Positions 50,529-60,979 are shown, numbered from the stretch's first letter. The stretch: 64,000 nucleotides of DNA from Candidatus Moraniibacteriota bacterium (GCA_963743885.1 CAVURJ010000001.1:279488-343487), one strand, 5' to 3'. Translations and numbers: made by a program. Notes: generated by a model from the sequence alone, not told the origin.

Positions 50529-51788
50529 ATGGCCAAAGGGCATTATCACATCGGTCTGGATATCGGATCAGCCAACACCCGTGCCGTCATCGCGCAAGAG
50601 ATTGCCGATGATGAGCTTTTGCGTGTCGTTGGTGTCGGTACCGCGCCTTCGTCCGGGATGCGTCGCGGCGCGGTCGTTGATGCTGAAGCAGTCGCTAAGG
50701 TCTGCAATGAAGTGCTCGAGCATGCGGAGCGCATGGCGGGACATCCGGCTGAGAGCGTGACCGTGAGCGTGACTGGGGCCGAGATCGCCTGTCAGGATGC
50801 GCTTGGTGTCGTCGCGGTTGGCCGCGCCGATGGCGAGGTGACCGAAGACGATATGTCGCGTGCCTTCGAGGAAGTGCAGGCGCGGCTCGTCCTGCCGCTC
50901 AATCAGGAGATCATCCATGTCGTGCCGAAGGATTATCGGCTCGATGACCAGAAGAATATCAAGGATCCGCTCGGCATGCGCGGTGTCCGGCTCGAGATGA
51001 ACGCGTTCGTCGTGACAGGGAGCGCTTCGCACCTCAAGAATCTTTCACGCAGTCTGGAACAGGCCGGCACGTCACCGGATAGCTTCGTTGTTGAGCCGCT
51101 CGCTTGCGCGGAATCAGTGCTCCATCGCAAGCAGAAGGAGCTTGGGACAGCGATCATCAATATCGGCGGTGCCACGACATCACTTGCGGTATATGAGGAT
51201 GGCGATTTGCTCCATCTGGCGGTTTTCCCGGTCGGTGGCGACCACATCACGAACGATATCGCCATCGGACTCCGCACGTCGATCGAGGTAGCGGAAGCGG
51301 TCAAGCTGCAGTATGGCAGTGCGATCTCTGATGATATCGCTAAGAAGGAAGAGATCGACCTCAACCTCTTTGATACGCACGAGGAAGGATCTGTTTCCCG
51401 TCGACACGTCGCGGAGATCATCGAGGCGCGCCTCGAGGAGATTTTCCTCTTCGTCAATGCGTCGCTCAAGGAAATCGGCCGCGAAGGTTTGCTTCCGGGC
51501 GGTGTCATCCTGACGGGTGGGGGTGCACTTCTGCCAGGTATCGTTGAGCTCGCGAAGGATACGCTCAGACTGCCGGCGCAGATCGGATATCCGAAGCCAC
51601 TGGGTGGCATCCTGGACCAGGTGGACAGCCCGTCATTCGCGACCGTGATTGGTCTTGTACTGCTCGCAAGAAATACCCATGTCTCTTCGAAAGGATTCTC
51701 GTCCCAGAAGGTCTGGAACAAGATGCCAGAGGGGATGCAGGGTGCGATCGAGAAGCTGAAGCACTGGTCAAAACGGTTCCTGCCGTGA
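50529..51788 (+). CDS. ftsA: Cell division protein FtsA
   Basis: GLDIGS, GMRGVRLE, IGGATT, GGDHITNDIA, AEIIEAR.EE, LTGGGA. Confidence 0.96.
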   Translation: MAKGHYHIGLDIGSANTRAVIAQEIADDELLRVVGVGTAPSSGMRRGAVVDAEAVAKVCNEVLEHAERMAGHPAESVTVSVTGAEIACQDALGVVAVGRADGEVTEDDMSRAFEEVQARLVLPLNQEIIHVVPKDYRLDDQKNIKDPLGMRGVRLEMNAFVVTGSASHLKNLSRSLEQAGTSPDSFVVEPLACAESVLHRKQKELGTAIINIGGATTSLAVYEDGDLLHLAVFPVGGDHITNDIAIGLRTSIEVAEAVKLQYGSAISDDIAKKEEIDLNLFDTHEEGSVSRRHVAEIIEARLEEIFLFVNASLKEIGREGLLPGGVILTGGGALLPGIVELAKDTLRLPAQIGYPKPLGGILDQVDSPSFATVIGLVLLARNTHVSSKGFSSQKVWNKMPEGMQGAIEKLKHWSKRFLP

Positions 51789-51974
51789 GTAACTCTCTCA
51801 AAATCTCACCGCCAGTTACAAGTCGAAGAATGCTTGTCTGTAAAAATCACTCCCGTTCCGGCTGCAAAATCCGAAAAGCTTGTCGGGTTATTGCTAATAG
51901 CCCTTCGCACTTTTCGACTTTTTCGCTCGAAACGTGAATGATTTTTTCTAGACATGAGATTTTGAGAGAGTTAC
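51789..51974. repeat. Family C copy 2
   Basis: Starts immediately after the ftsA stop; aligns with 50339-50524. Confidence 0.9.
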
Positions 51975-52184
51975 CGAGCGGATTTTTCCAAACACAGAAA
52001 CAGACACTTTTCCCTTATCAGAGCCTCGTTTCTTGACGAGAGGACTTTTTCGCTGCCATTGACATCGTATCTCCGCGTATGATACAGTGGACAGTCAAGA
52101 AGGCCTGGAGCTTTGTCAGAGCTTCGCGGTGGATGTAGAATAGCTGTACGGCATTTTTTTGTAACCAACCTTAAGGGGACACAT

Positions 52185-53414
52185 ATGGCGGAGATCAAGC
52201 CTGATATCGAGACGTTTGCGAAGATCAAGGTGGTCGGTGTCGGCGGATCAGGCGGCAACGGCGTAGCGCGGATGGTGGATGCCAAGATCAAGGGCGTCGA
52301 GTTCGTCGCTATCAACACGGATGCGCAGGCACTCCACAATTCGAAGGCACAGGAGAAGATCCATATCGGTAAGAACCTGACGAAGGGTCTTGGTGCTGGT
52401 ATGAATCCGGAGATCGGACGTCAGGCAGCCGAAGAGAATCGCGATGAGATCCAGGAAGTACTGAAGGGTGCTGATATGGTATTCGTCACCTGCGGTCTCG
52501 GTGGTGGTACTGGATCTGGTGCGGCTCCGATCGTTGCAGAGACAGCCAAGGAGCTCGGCGCACTCACCGTTGGTGTCGTGACCAAGCCGTTCGCATTTGA
52601 AGGTTCGCAGCGTCGCGCGATCGCCGAAGAAGCGCTCGAGAATCTCAAGGACCGCGTCGACACGCTCATCACTATTCCGAACGACAAACTGCTTTCCATC
52701 ATCGATCGCAAGACAACCCTCGTGAATGCCTTCCGCATCGTCGATGATGTGCTCCGCCAGGGCGTGCAGGGCATCTCTGACCTCATCACTAAGCCGGGCA
52801 TCGTCAATGTCGACTTTGCTGACGTGCGTGCCATCATGGAAGATAGCGGCAGCGCTCTTATGGGCATCGGCATCGCAGCTGGTGAGAACCGTGCAGTCGA
52901 GGCGGCCAAGGCGGCCATCAACAGCCCGCTTCTTGAGCTTTCGATCGATGGTGCGAAGGGTGTCCTCTTCAATATCTCCGGTTCGAGCGACCTCACGATG
53001 CTTGAGATCAACGAAGCGGCCAATATCATCACTGAGAATATCGATCCAAATGCCAAGGTTATCTTCGGTGCTGTGACCGACGACCAGATCCGCAAGGGCG
53101 AGGTCCAGATCACAGTTGTCGCGACTGGTTTCGACCTGCCGCGCGCGAAGGAGCCGGTCGGGCTCATCAACCGCTCGACGACGGTCGCACACACGCGGAC
53201 AGTCTCGACCCCGATGGCTGATGAGATGATTCGCGATGAGGAGATCTTCGAGGAGACAATCGCTTTCCCGTCGAGGAAGATGGAACAGCCGGCGATGATC
53301 ATCGAGGAGAAGATCCAGCCGCGCACCGCCGCTTCGCGTGTCGAGACAAAGGAGCTCGCCGAAGAGGACGATCTCGAGATTCCGGCGTTCATCCGCCGCA
53401 AGATGAAGAAGTAA
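52185..53414 (+). CDS. ftsZ: Cell division protein FtsZ
   Basis: GGGTGSG, NVDFAD, C-terminal LEIPAFIRR. Confidence 0.98.
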   Translation: MAEIKPDIETFAKIKVVGVGGSGGNGVARMVDAKIKGVEFVAINTDAQALHNSKAQEKIHIGKNLTKGLGAGMNPEIGRQAAEENRDEIQEVLKGADMVFVTCGLGGGTGSGAAPIVAETAKELGALTVGVVTKPFAFEGSQRRAIAEEALENLKDRVDTLITIPNDKLLSIIDRKTTLVNAFRIVDDVLRQGVQGISDLITKPGIVNVDFADVRAIMEDSGSALMGIGIAAGENRAVEAAKAAINSPLLELSIDGAKGVLFNISGSSDLTMLEINEAANIITENIDPNAKVIFGAVTDDQIRKGEVQITVVATGFDLPRAKEPVGLINRSTTVAHTRTVSTPMADEMIRDEEIFEETIAFPSRKMEQPAMIIEEKIQPRTAASRVETKELAEEDDLEIPAFIRRKMKK

Positions 53415-53581
53415 TCTTCCTAAGATCACAAAGGCGCCCTTTTCGGGCGCTTTTCCTTTACCGGGCGTTCCGAGGGAGTATAATAGGGGGCAGGATGCAA
53501 GAGGTAAGAGACATGATATCGTTTCTTAGCCCGTATCTTCCTTTCTTATCTCTTGTTTCATATCTCTTATCTCATCTGCTT

Positions 53582-54028
53582 ATGCGCTGTCCGTTCTGCA
53601 ATTTTGAAGACACCAAAGTGATCGATTCGCGCGAGACCCAGGAGGGGCGCGCTATTCGCCGTCGCCGTGAGTGCGAGAAGTGCCAGGCACGTTTTAGCAC
53701 GTATGAGGAAGTGGAGATCTTCCGTCTGCAGATCGTGAAGAAGGATGGCAGCCGGGAGGAGTATGATCGGACTAAGATCGAAGACGGCCTGAAGCGAGCG
53801 TTTGTGAAGCGGCCGAATGCCGAAGAAAGGATTGAGAAGATCTTAGGCGAGATAGAGTACGCGCTCCACGAGAAGCATGTGAGTGAGATCCAGAGCCGCG
53901 AGATTGGTACGCTCGTTATGCGCAAGCTCAAGGAGGCTGATGAGGTCGCTTATATCCGCTTTGCGTCCGTCTACAAATCGTTCGGCAGTGCCAAGAGCTT
54001 CCTCAAGGCGCTGGAGACCTTGGAGTAG
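53582..54028 (+). CDS. nrdR: Transcriptional repressor NrdR
   Basis: CPFC..DTKVIDSR, RRRRECEKC..RFSTYE, VAYIRFASVY. Confidence 0.96.
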   Translation: MRCPFCNFEDTKVIDSRETQEGRAIRRRRECEKCQARFSTYEEVEIFRLQIVKKDGSREEYDRTKIEDGLKRAFVKRPNAEERIEKILGEIEYALHEKHVSEIQSREIGTLVMRKLKEADEVAYIRFASVYKSFGSAKSFLKALETLE

Positions 54029-54032
54029 TCTT

Positions 54033-54251
54033 ATGAAAATCTCTGTCAGGGTCATTCCGAAAGCTTCGAAGACTTCAGTGGAAAGAATTTCTGAGACGGA
54101 GTATCGCGTGCGATTGACGAAGGCGCCGGCTGACGGCGAGGCCAATGAACAGCTCATAAAACTGCTCAGCAAGCATCTTGGTGTCGCGAAGAGTCTCGTC
54201 CGTATTGTTTCCGGCGCCACGAGCCGGAACAAGATTGTAGAGATTTTGTAG
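54033..54251 (+). CDS. DUF167 family protein
   Basis: V.VIPKAS, APADGEAN..L..LLS, IVSGATSRNK. Confidence 0.9.
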   Translation: MKISVRVIPKASKTSVERISETEYRVRLTKAPADGEANEQLIKLLSKHLGVAKSLVRIVSGATSRNKIVEIL

Positions 54252-54269
54252 TTTTTAGCATTTACATTC

Positions 54270-54490
54270 GTTTGTTTTTTACACTCCTCCTCCTTTTCAT
54301 TTTTTCTTCCACGATCTTCGTCGAACATTTCTGACTCGCTCTGTCGAACGGGGAGCTGTTTGTTCTGAGGGCTGAAACAGCCCCGAACGCCACGCTCGAC
54401 CGTTACCGACTCGCTCATCAGAAATGTTACCGCCGAGAGACCGGAGGAAGAAAAAATGAAAAGGAGGAGATGTTTAGAACGAATAGACGA
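54270..54490. repeat. Family B copy 2
   Basis: Core aligns with 47556-47712; outer IR CTCCTCCTTTTCATTTTTT/AAAAAATGAAAAGGAGGAG. Confidence 0.85.
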
Positions 54491-54544
54491 GCGTGAGTAT
54501 GGTATTCTGTGTAGGTCGGCGTTAAGTTTGCATGAGTCCGCATT

Positions 54545-56044
54545 ATGCGCGGCGATCAGATATTATTGTGGGGGATCATCAGTTTTATCGGGGGAGTCGG
54601 CCTTGGCTCCTTTTTTGCTGTCCGTTTGGAAATCGTTCTTGTAGTAGTGGCGCTCTGGATCGCGGCAGCGTCTGTGTTTCAGAAAAGGGATGTCCTCGTG
54701 TGTGGGGTGTTTCTTCTCTTATGTGCAGCTGGGGCACTGCAGGCGCATCATGCTGCCGATCGTTTCCGTCTCGAGTATATGCGCGGAGGGGAATATGTCG
54801 GCACGGTACGGATCGTCGCTGATCCGGAGGAGAGAGGCTTTTATCGCAGAGTCATCCTTCGGGCCAAGGATTGTTCAGGGTCCTTTTGTCCAGAGGAGGA
54901 TATCCTCTGGCAAGCGCCGCTCGCGTTTTCTGCTGAAGCCGGGACGCTCCTCGATCTCTCATGCGTGCTCGCTTTGCCGGAGAATTTTGATCCGGCATTC
55001 GATTATCGGATGTTCCTTGCGAAGGATGGCATCGGATATGTGTGTCAGAAAGCAGAGCGTGCGGAAGTGTTCGTGGGAAACGATATTGAAGGCTTTCTAC
55101 GCTCGTGGCTCTATCGTCCCAAACATGCGCTTGAGGACGCACTCAGCCGGAGCATTTCTGATCCGGAAGCGGCTCTCGGCAAGGGGCTTATCTTAGGCGG
55201 TGACCGGCATCTGCCGGAGCGGCTTCAGGATCTCTTCGCGCGCATCGGGCTCTCGCATATCGTCGCGGTGTCCGGCTATAATATCGCCATCATTGCCCAG
55301 GGCGTCCTCGTCCTTGGAATCGGGGCGGGACTGTGGCGTCGCCGGGCCGTGTGGGTATCGCTCATCGGCATCATCCTCTTCGTCCTCATGATCGGCGCTC
55401 CGTCGTCAGCTGTCCGGGCGGCGGTCATGGCGGGGATCGCATTTCTTGCAGCACAGTCGGGCCGGTTGTCGCGACCGGTCGTCACGCTCTTCTTCGCGGC
55501 GGCGATCATGCTTATGATCAACCCGCTGCTTCTCCGCTACGATATCGGCTTCCAGCTTTCGTTTCTCGCGACGCTTGCCATCATCATCGCTTCGTCATGG
55601 GAGGCGGAGTTTCTACCGCACGGATTCCCTGGGAAGTGGTTCGCCGAAACGATCTGGTTCAGCCTGATGGCGGAATTTTTCGTCCTGCCGGTCATCCTCT
55701 TCCAGTTCCATGCGTTCTCGCCGCTCATGCTCTTCTCGAATGTGCTCATCCTGCCGCTTGTGCCGTACGCGATGCTCTTCTCGTTCCTCTCTGCGCTTGC
55801 GTTCCTCATCGTGCCAGGAGCTCATCTCATCTTCGCGTGGATCGCCTATCCCATACTCACCGCTATCACGCGCATTCCGGAGATGCTCGCAACGTTCTCC
55901 TGGGCCAGTCTGCCGGTCCAGGATTTCGGCATTGCCGCATTCGCGCTTTGGTATCTCGTCCTTTTTTCTGGTATCGTAGGAATCGAACACTATGCCGGGA
56001 AAAAACGTCGTACCGAAGCGCTTTCTCTTCCTCGCCGTCGCTAG
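54545..56044 (+). CDS. comEC: ComEC/Rec2 competence membrane domain
   Basis: GLSHIVAVSGYN, SAVRAAVM, GFQLSFLAT. Confidence 0.92.
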   Translation: MRGDQILLWGIISFIGGVGLGSFFAVRLEIVLVVVALWIAAASVFQKRDVLVCGVFLLLCAAGALQAHHAADRFRLEYMRGGEYVGTVRIVADPEERGFYRRVILRAKDCSGSFCPEEDILWQAPLAFSAEAGTLLDLSCVLALPENFDPAFDYRMFLAKDGIGYVCQKAERAEVFVGNDIEGFLRSWLYRPKHALEDALSRSISDPEAALGKGLILGGDRHLPERLQDLFARIGLSHIVAVSGYNIAIIAQGVLVLGIGAGLWRRRAVWVSLIGIILFVLMIGAPSSAVRAAVMAGIAFLAAQSGRLSRPVVTLFFAAAIMLMINPLLLRYDIGFQLSFLATLAIIIASSWEAEFLPHGFPGKWFAETIWFSLMAEFFVLPVILFQFHAFSPLMLFSNVLILPLVPYAMLFSFLSALAFLIVPGAHLIFAWIAYPILTAITRIPEMLATFSWASLPVQDFGIAAFALWYLVLFSGIVGIEHYAGKKRRTEALSLPRRR

Positions 56045-56855
56045 CCTGGCGATAGCGGTTCTTTTGCTGTGGTCGCTTTCGTCTCTCATCGCCGAGCAAA
56101 GCGACGTCACGGAGATAACCTTCCTTGATGTTGGCGAGGGCGATGCGATTCTCATCTCTCAGGGAGCGCATCAGATCTTGATCGACGGCGGCCGTGACGG
56201 CCGCGATCTGCTCTACCGTCTCGGTCGGCACGTGCCGTTCTGGGACCGCCGGATCGAAGTCGTCATCGCGACGCATCCGGATGCGGACCATATTGGAGGA
56301 TTGGTCACGCTCATGAGGACGTATCGGATCGGGCAGGTGCTCACGACGGGGGCTGAGAGTGATACCGATATATCGCGGCTGTTCCGCAAAGCGGCGGATC
56401 AATCAGCACCGGACCGGCAGGAGAAGATCTTCCGCGGAGCGATTATTCGTCTGCCTCGCGGCGGAGAGATCGTTGCTGAGTATCCACTGGCGCCTGTCGA
56501 GGGCATGCCGGAGAATACCAATGCGAGCAGTCTGGTGCTGCGGTTCACCTACGGAGAAACGAGCTTCCTTTTGACGGGCGATCTGCCGCAGGAAGAAGCG
56601 GCGCTGCCAGGCGAGCAGCCGGTGACGGTGCTCAAAGTCTCGCATCATGGATCGAAGTATTCGACGAGCGACGCTTTCCTTGATCTGGTTCAGCCGAAGG
56701 AAGCAGTCATCTCGGTCGGGGAGAACAAATACGGGCATCCGGGAGTCGAAGTGCTTGAGAGGCTCGCGCGCCGCGGTACCGCCATCTATCGTACTGATCT
56801 TGACGGGGATGTCACGTATACCTGTCGTGAGGAGCAGTGCCAGAAGGCAGAGTAG
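55992..56855 (+). CDS. ComEC-type metallo-beta-lactamase domain protein
   Basis: FLDVGEGDA, THPDADHIGG, LLTGD, KVSHHGS, YGHP. Confidence 0.9.
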   Translation: MPGKNVVPKRFLFLAVASLAIAVLLLWSLSSLIAEQSDVTEITFLDVGEGDAILISQGAHQILIDGGRDGRDLLYRLGRHVPFWDRRIEVVIATHPDADHIGGLVTLMRTYRIGQVLTTGAESDTDISRLFRKAADQSAPDRQEKIFRGAIIRLPRGGEIVAEYPLAPVEGMPENTNASSLVLRFTYGETSFLLTGDLPQEEAALPGEQPVTVLKVSHHGSKYSTSDAFLDLVQPKEAVISVGENKYGHPGVEVLERLARRGTAIYRTDLDGDVTYTCREEQCQKAE

Positions 56856-56935
56856 CGGCTGGGTATTGCCTTTTCCTTCATTTCGTGTTACCATTGCTAC
56901 GTAGTGATAATTTTTGCATAACAGAGCGTACATAT

Positions 56936-57541
56936 ATGGAGATGCATCCGAAGAAAGAGCGATCGCTCGTCATCATCAAGCCGGACGGAGTCCAGCGCGC
57001 CCTTATGGGGGAGATTATTTCTCGCTTTGAGCGTACCGGTCTCAAGTTCATCTCGATGAAGCTCATCGTTCCGAAGGCGGAACAGTGCTGGGCGCACTAC
57101 AACAAGGACGATGAATGGTTCATGAAGAAGGGGACGCGCGTCGTCGAAGACCGCAAGACCCATGGCTTGCCGATCGAGAAGGAAGCGATGGAGTACGGCA
57201 AGGACATCATCCAGTCGAACGTTGATTTCTTCACATCCGGTCCAGTGCTCGCGATGGTCATCGAGGGCAACCAGTCGGTCGCTATCGTGAAGAAGATCGT
57301 GGGCGGCACTGAGCCGACGACGTCGGATGTCGGTACGATCCGCGGCGATTTGACCGTCGATTCCTACGCACTCTCGAGCCTCGACAACCGTGCGGTCCGC
57401 AATCTCATCCATTGCTCGGATAGCCCGGAGGAAGCTGAGCGCGAACTCCAGATCTGGTTTACCAAGGAAGAGCTCATCGGCTACCGTTTGGTGCAGGAGC
57501 AGATTCTCTACGATGTGAACCTCGACGGTATCTTGGAATAG
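56936..57541 (+). CDS. ndk: Nucleoside-diphosphate kinase
   Basis: IKPDGVQR, SGPV.AM, GTIRGD, NLIHCSDS. Confidence 0.95.
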   Translation: MEMHPKKERSLVIIKPDGVQRALMGEIISRFERTGLKFISMKLIVPKAEQCWAHYNKDDEWFMKKGTRVVEDRKTHGLPIEKEAMEYGKDIIQSNVDFFTSGPVLAMVIEGNQSVAIVKKIVGGTEPTTSDVGTIRGDLTVDSYALSSLDNRAVRNLIHCSDSPEEAERELQIWFTKEELIGYRLVQEQILYDVNLDGILE

Positions 57542-57654
57542 TTTTCCGAATATCACAGAAAGAGCCCGCTATCGGGCTCTTTCTTTTTTGCCTTGACTTT
57601 TTCATGGAAATCAGTATAATGGCTGAATCAAGGTTTTTTGATAAGGAGAATCAG

Positions 57655-57852
57655 ATGTCGGGGTCGGAGAAGAAGTCATTCAGAATGCAGCATATTGCCG
57701 AAGAGCAGCGTGGATGCGGAATTGATCGGAAATGCACTCACGTGTTCGATGGGGTCAACTGCATGCGTTCCTGTCGGCCGGGCGGAAAATGTTTCGAGGG
57801 AAATGGGGAACATCCTGACCATCCGTCCAAGAGGAAGAAAAAAACAAAGTGA
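57655..57852 (+). CDS. Small Cys-rich hypothetical protein
   Basis: AAGGAG RBS, upstream TTGACT..TATAAT, five Cys. Confidence 0.5.
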   Translation: MSGSEKKSFRMQHIAEEQRGCGIDRKCTHVFDGVNCMRSCRPGGKCFEGNGEHPDHPSKRKKKTK

Positions 57853-58003
57853 AAGAGTGATGCCGTAACAACGGCAAAGATACGAGGGGTCTTCCACGAG
57901 AAGGCCCCTTTCGCTTTTTTTGGAACGTGGTATACTATCGCGTATGCATGGCTGCATGCATGGTTTGTCTCATACACTGTCGCGAAGAAGAGGAGGAACA
58001 AAC

Positions 58004-58210
58004 ATGGGACAGAAAGAAGGTGATGGTCTGGGCGCTCTTGGCTCCGCAATGACCGGAGATGGCGCGGCTCGAGATCTGGATATCGCGGCTCGTCTCGCGA
58101 TCGTTCAGGGACGTCTTGATGACGGACAGACTGGTAATCCAAATCTTTCCGATACGCCTTACAACAAGGTGGCGCATGGGTTTTGGTTTGATGATCGGAT
58201 CAGGGCATAG
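58004..58210 (+). CDS. Small hypothetical protein
   Basis: AGGAGG RBS before ATG. Confidence 0.45.
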   Translation: MGQKEGDGLGALGSAMTGDGAARDLDIAARLAIVQGRLDDGQTGNPNLSDTPYNKVAHGFWFDDRIRA

Positions 58211-58261
58211 CCGCAACAGCGGCGACAAGAAAGGGGCTTTCCACAAGAGAGCTCCTTTTCA

Positions 58262-58423
58262 ATTACCAAGCGGAGTGAGTGAAACGAAAACTTGTTTTCG
58301 TTTCCGAACGGAGCGCTGGTAAAATCGGGTCAGATACCCCGCGTCTTGCCGCGGAACAGGACAATCCGACGAAAGGAGGATTGTACGGGGTGCGGGGCTT
58401 GCCCCGCGGTGAATACCCGTTAT
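58262..58423 (+). repeat. Family A copy 3
   Basis: Same ends and stems as copies 1 and 2, different central hairpin. Confidence 0.88.
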
Positions 58424-58483
58424 TTTTTGAAAACCATGAGCATTGTCGAATGGCCGGAATTTTGCTACGGTTAGAGATGTTTT

Positions 58484-58554
58484 CGGGTTGTAGTATACTG
58501 GTAGTACGCGTCCATGGGGTGGATGTAGACCGGGTTCGATTCCCGGCAGCCCGA
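58484..58554 (+). tRNA. tRNA-Pro(GGG)
   Basis: CGGGTTG/CAGCCCG acceptor, CGTCC-ATGGGGT-GGATG, CCGGG-TTCGATT-CCCGG. Confidence 0.9.
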
Positions 58555-58669
58555 CTTGGTATAAATGCCAAAAAGGAGTTCAAGGCTGGGGGGCGAAAAG
58601 TGAACTGCTTCACTTTTTGCGGGTATCCCCGCAAGACGTCCTTGTCTTGCGGAAAGAGGATACCCCGGA

Positions 58670-58703
58670 ACTTGTAGTTCGGGTTCGATTCCCGATACCC
58701 CGA
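58670..58703 (+). pseudogene. Orphan tRNA-Pro-like 3' half
   Basis: TAGT-TCGGG-TTCGATT-CCCGA-TACCCCG-A with no intact D arm. Confidence 0.55.
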
Positions 58704-58743
58704 CAAAAAGAAGAACAAGAAAACCGAAACAAAAGATGTTTTT

Positions 58744-60459
58744 ATGCAGAATATAACGATCCGGATAAACGGAGTGACGTTTCCGGTTGAACCAGGCAAA
58801 ACGGTCCTTGATGCGGCTCGTGAGAACGGCATCAAGATACCGGCGCTCTGCTTTCATCCGGATGTCGAGACGAGGAATCATTGCGGTATGTGCGTCGTGG
58901 AGGTCAGGGGCGAGGGAAATCTTCGACATGCCTGCGCGACAACCGTAGAGGAGGGGATGGAGATTACGACTGTTTCCGATCGGATTACTGAGGAACGGAA
59001 GAAGAATCTGGACCGCGTGCTCAAGAAGCATGTGATGGAATGCGACGACTGCGTATGGATGGGACGTTGCCAACTTCTGGAGCTCGTCAAAGAGATCAAG
59101 GCGAAGCCGATAGCGGCGAAACACGAGGAAGATAGGGTGCTCCAGGTGGGTACGATGGTCTTCGACCAGACCAAGTGCATTGGTTGCGAGCATTGCGTGA
59201 GCGTCTGTCCGACGGGATTTCTTGATATGAATGACCGTGGGCGAGTCTGCCCTTCGGCGGATGGCGAGAAGGACTGTGTGAACTGCGGCCAGTGCATCCT
59301 CCATTGCCCGGTCGGCGCCATCGAGGGTGTCGGGGAATTCGAGGAATTGGAGAAGATCTTTGCGGACAAGGAAAAGACGGTCGTAGTGCAGTTCGCACCG
59401 GCAATCCGCGCGAGCATCGGGGACGAGTTCGGCATGCCGGAGGGCACGGTCGCTACGGGCCAGCTGGTAGCCGGTCTCAAGAAGCTCGGGTTCAGTTTCG
59501 TCTTTGATATGGCGTCTGCGGCTGATTTTACGACGATGGAAGAGGCTGGCGAAGTCGTCGAGCGGGTGACGAGTGGAGAGCGCCTGCCAATCATGACGTC
59601 ATGCTGCCCGGCCTGGGTGAAATTCGTAGAGTTCAATTATCCGGAATTCATCCCGAACCTTGCGACGTCACGGTCGCCGCAAATCATGCTCGGTGGCATC
59701 GTCAAGAATTACTGGAGTCAGAAGAATGGTATCGATCCGAAGAATGTCTTCGTAGTGTCCATCATGCCGTGTGTGGCCAAGAAATTCGAAATCAGGCGGG
59801 AGGAGCTCATGATAGACGGCTATCGCCCGGTGGATATGGTGCTCACGACGCGCGAGCTGGCGCGGCTTTTCAAGAAGAAGGGGATCGATTTGAAGGAGGT
59901 CGGCGAAGCGGATGCGGATGGTCCACTCGGTAGTCCGTCGGGGGCGGGTGTGATCTATGGTGCGAGCGGCGGCGTCTTCGAATCGGCACTCCGCACGGTC
60001 TATTACAAGATGACCGGAGAGAATCTTCCAGAGGGAGCAGTTGAGGAGATCCGCGGTCAGGAAGGCATCAAGGGGAAGAAACTTACGATCAGCGGAAAGA
60101 CAGTGAAGGTCTGCGTGGTAAGCGGCATTCGAAATGCCAAGAAGGCGCTTGATATGCTCAAGGAACACCCGGGACTTTTTGATGCGCTCGAAGTGATGGC
60201 CTGTCCAGGTGGATGCATCGCCGGTGGTGGCCAGCCGGTGCCGATAAGTCGCTCTATCGTCAAGGAGCGGGCGCGGTCGCTTTACGCTATTGATAGCGGA
60301 AAGGAGATCCGGTATGCCCATGAGAATCCGGCGGTGAAGGAGGCCTATGAGGAGTTCTTCGTGAATGAGGAGATACGGAAGAAGATCCTGCATACGCGGT
60401 TCGCGCCGAGGGAAAAATCCGATATACAGACGCTAAAAAACTCAAAAGAAACGCTATGA
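58744..60459 (+). CDS. hydA: [FeFe]-hydrogenase, group A, M3-type architecture
   Basis: H-cluster motifs TSCCPAW, MPCVAKKFE, EVMACPGGCIAGGGQ; 2Fe-2S, His-ligated and two 4Fe-4S motifs. Confidence 0.92.
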   Translation: MQNITIRINGVTFPVEPGKTVLDAARENGIKIPALCFHPDVETRNHCGMCVVEVRGEGNLRHACATTVEEGMEITTVSDRITEERKKNLDRVLKKHVMECDDCVWMGRCQLLELVKEIKAKPIAAKHEEDRVLQVGTMVFDQTKCIGCEHCVSVCPTGFLDMNDRGRVCPSADGEKDCVNCGQCILHCPVGAIEGVGEFEELEKIFADKEKTVVVQFAPAIRASIGDEFGMPEGTVATGQLVAGLKKLGFSFVFDMASAADFTTMEEAGEVVERVTSGERLPIMTSCCPAWVKFVEFNYPEFIPNLATSRSPQIMLGGIVKNYWSQKNGIDPKNVFVVSIMPCVAKKFEIRREELMIDGYRPVDMVLTTRELARLFKKKGIDLKEVGEADADGPLGSPSGAGVIYGASGGVFESALRTVYYKMTGENLPEGAVEEIRGQEGIKGKKLTISGKTVKVCVVSGIRNAKKALDMLKEHPGLFDALEVMACPGGCIAGGGQPVPISRSIVKERARSLYAIDSGKEIRYAHENPAVKEAYEEFFVNEEIRKKILHTRFAPREKSDIQTLKNSKETL

Positions 60460-60968
60460 GCAACGAGAACGTTTTTGCATTCGATCGGAGCAAAGCTCTT
60501 CTTCTGACGCAGTTCGCGGCGCTCGTCGGCATCGCGACGGTCGTGCCGCTCTTCCATCAGCAGATGATCACGGGACCAGTCGTCAATGCGACGCTTTTCG
60601 TGGCAGCTGTCCTCTTGGGAACGCAGATGGGAGTGTTCGTCGGGCTCATCCCGAGCATCATCGCGCTTTCGGTCGGCACGCTGCCGGCTCCGCTTGCTCC
60701 GATGGTGCCGTATATCATGCTCTCGAACGCGATCCTCATCCTCGCGTTCAACGCGTTCCGTGAGAGGAATTATTGGCTGGCGGTCGGCATTGCGAGCGCG
60801 CTCAAGTTCGCGTTTCTGTGGGCGACAAGCTCGGTCGTCATCGGGTTGCTCATGAAGAAGGAACTTGCTGAGAGTGTGGCGCTTATGATGAGCTGGCCGC
60901 AGCTCCTGACGGCGCTTCTCGGCGGCGCGTTGGCGAGTTTGTTTTTGCGCATGTATAAGGCGGAATAG
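60456..60968 (+). CDS. ECF S-component-like membrane protein
   Basis: Multi-TM, Q.ITGP.VNA.L, SWPQLLTAL.GG; ATGA overlap with hydA. Confidence 0.65.
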   Translation: MSNENVFAFDRSKALLLTQFAALVGIATVVPLFHQQMITGPVVNATLFVAAVLLGTQMGVFVGLIPSIIALSVGTLPAPLAPMVPYIMLSNAILILAFNAFRERNYWLAVGIASALKFAFLWATSSVVIGLLMKKELAESVALMMSWPQLLTALLGGALASLFLRMYKAE

Positions 60969-60979
60969 GAGCGTGTTAC

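Noticed and set aside
54301-54456. Hammerhead ribozyme (CTGATGA on the minus strand)
   Set aside because: The motif is paired in a stem, not kept in copy 1, and has no correctly placed GAAA
54545-56855. Split comEC as a frameshift or pseudogene
   Set aside because: Both parts are intact and the second has its own TM anchor; a separate MBL domain is a common arrangement
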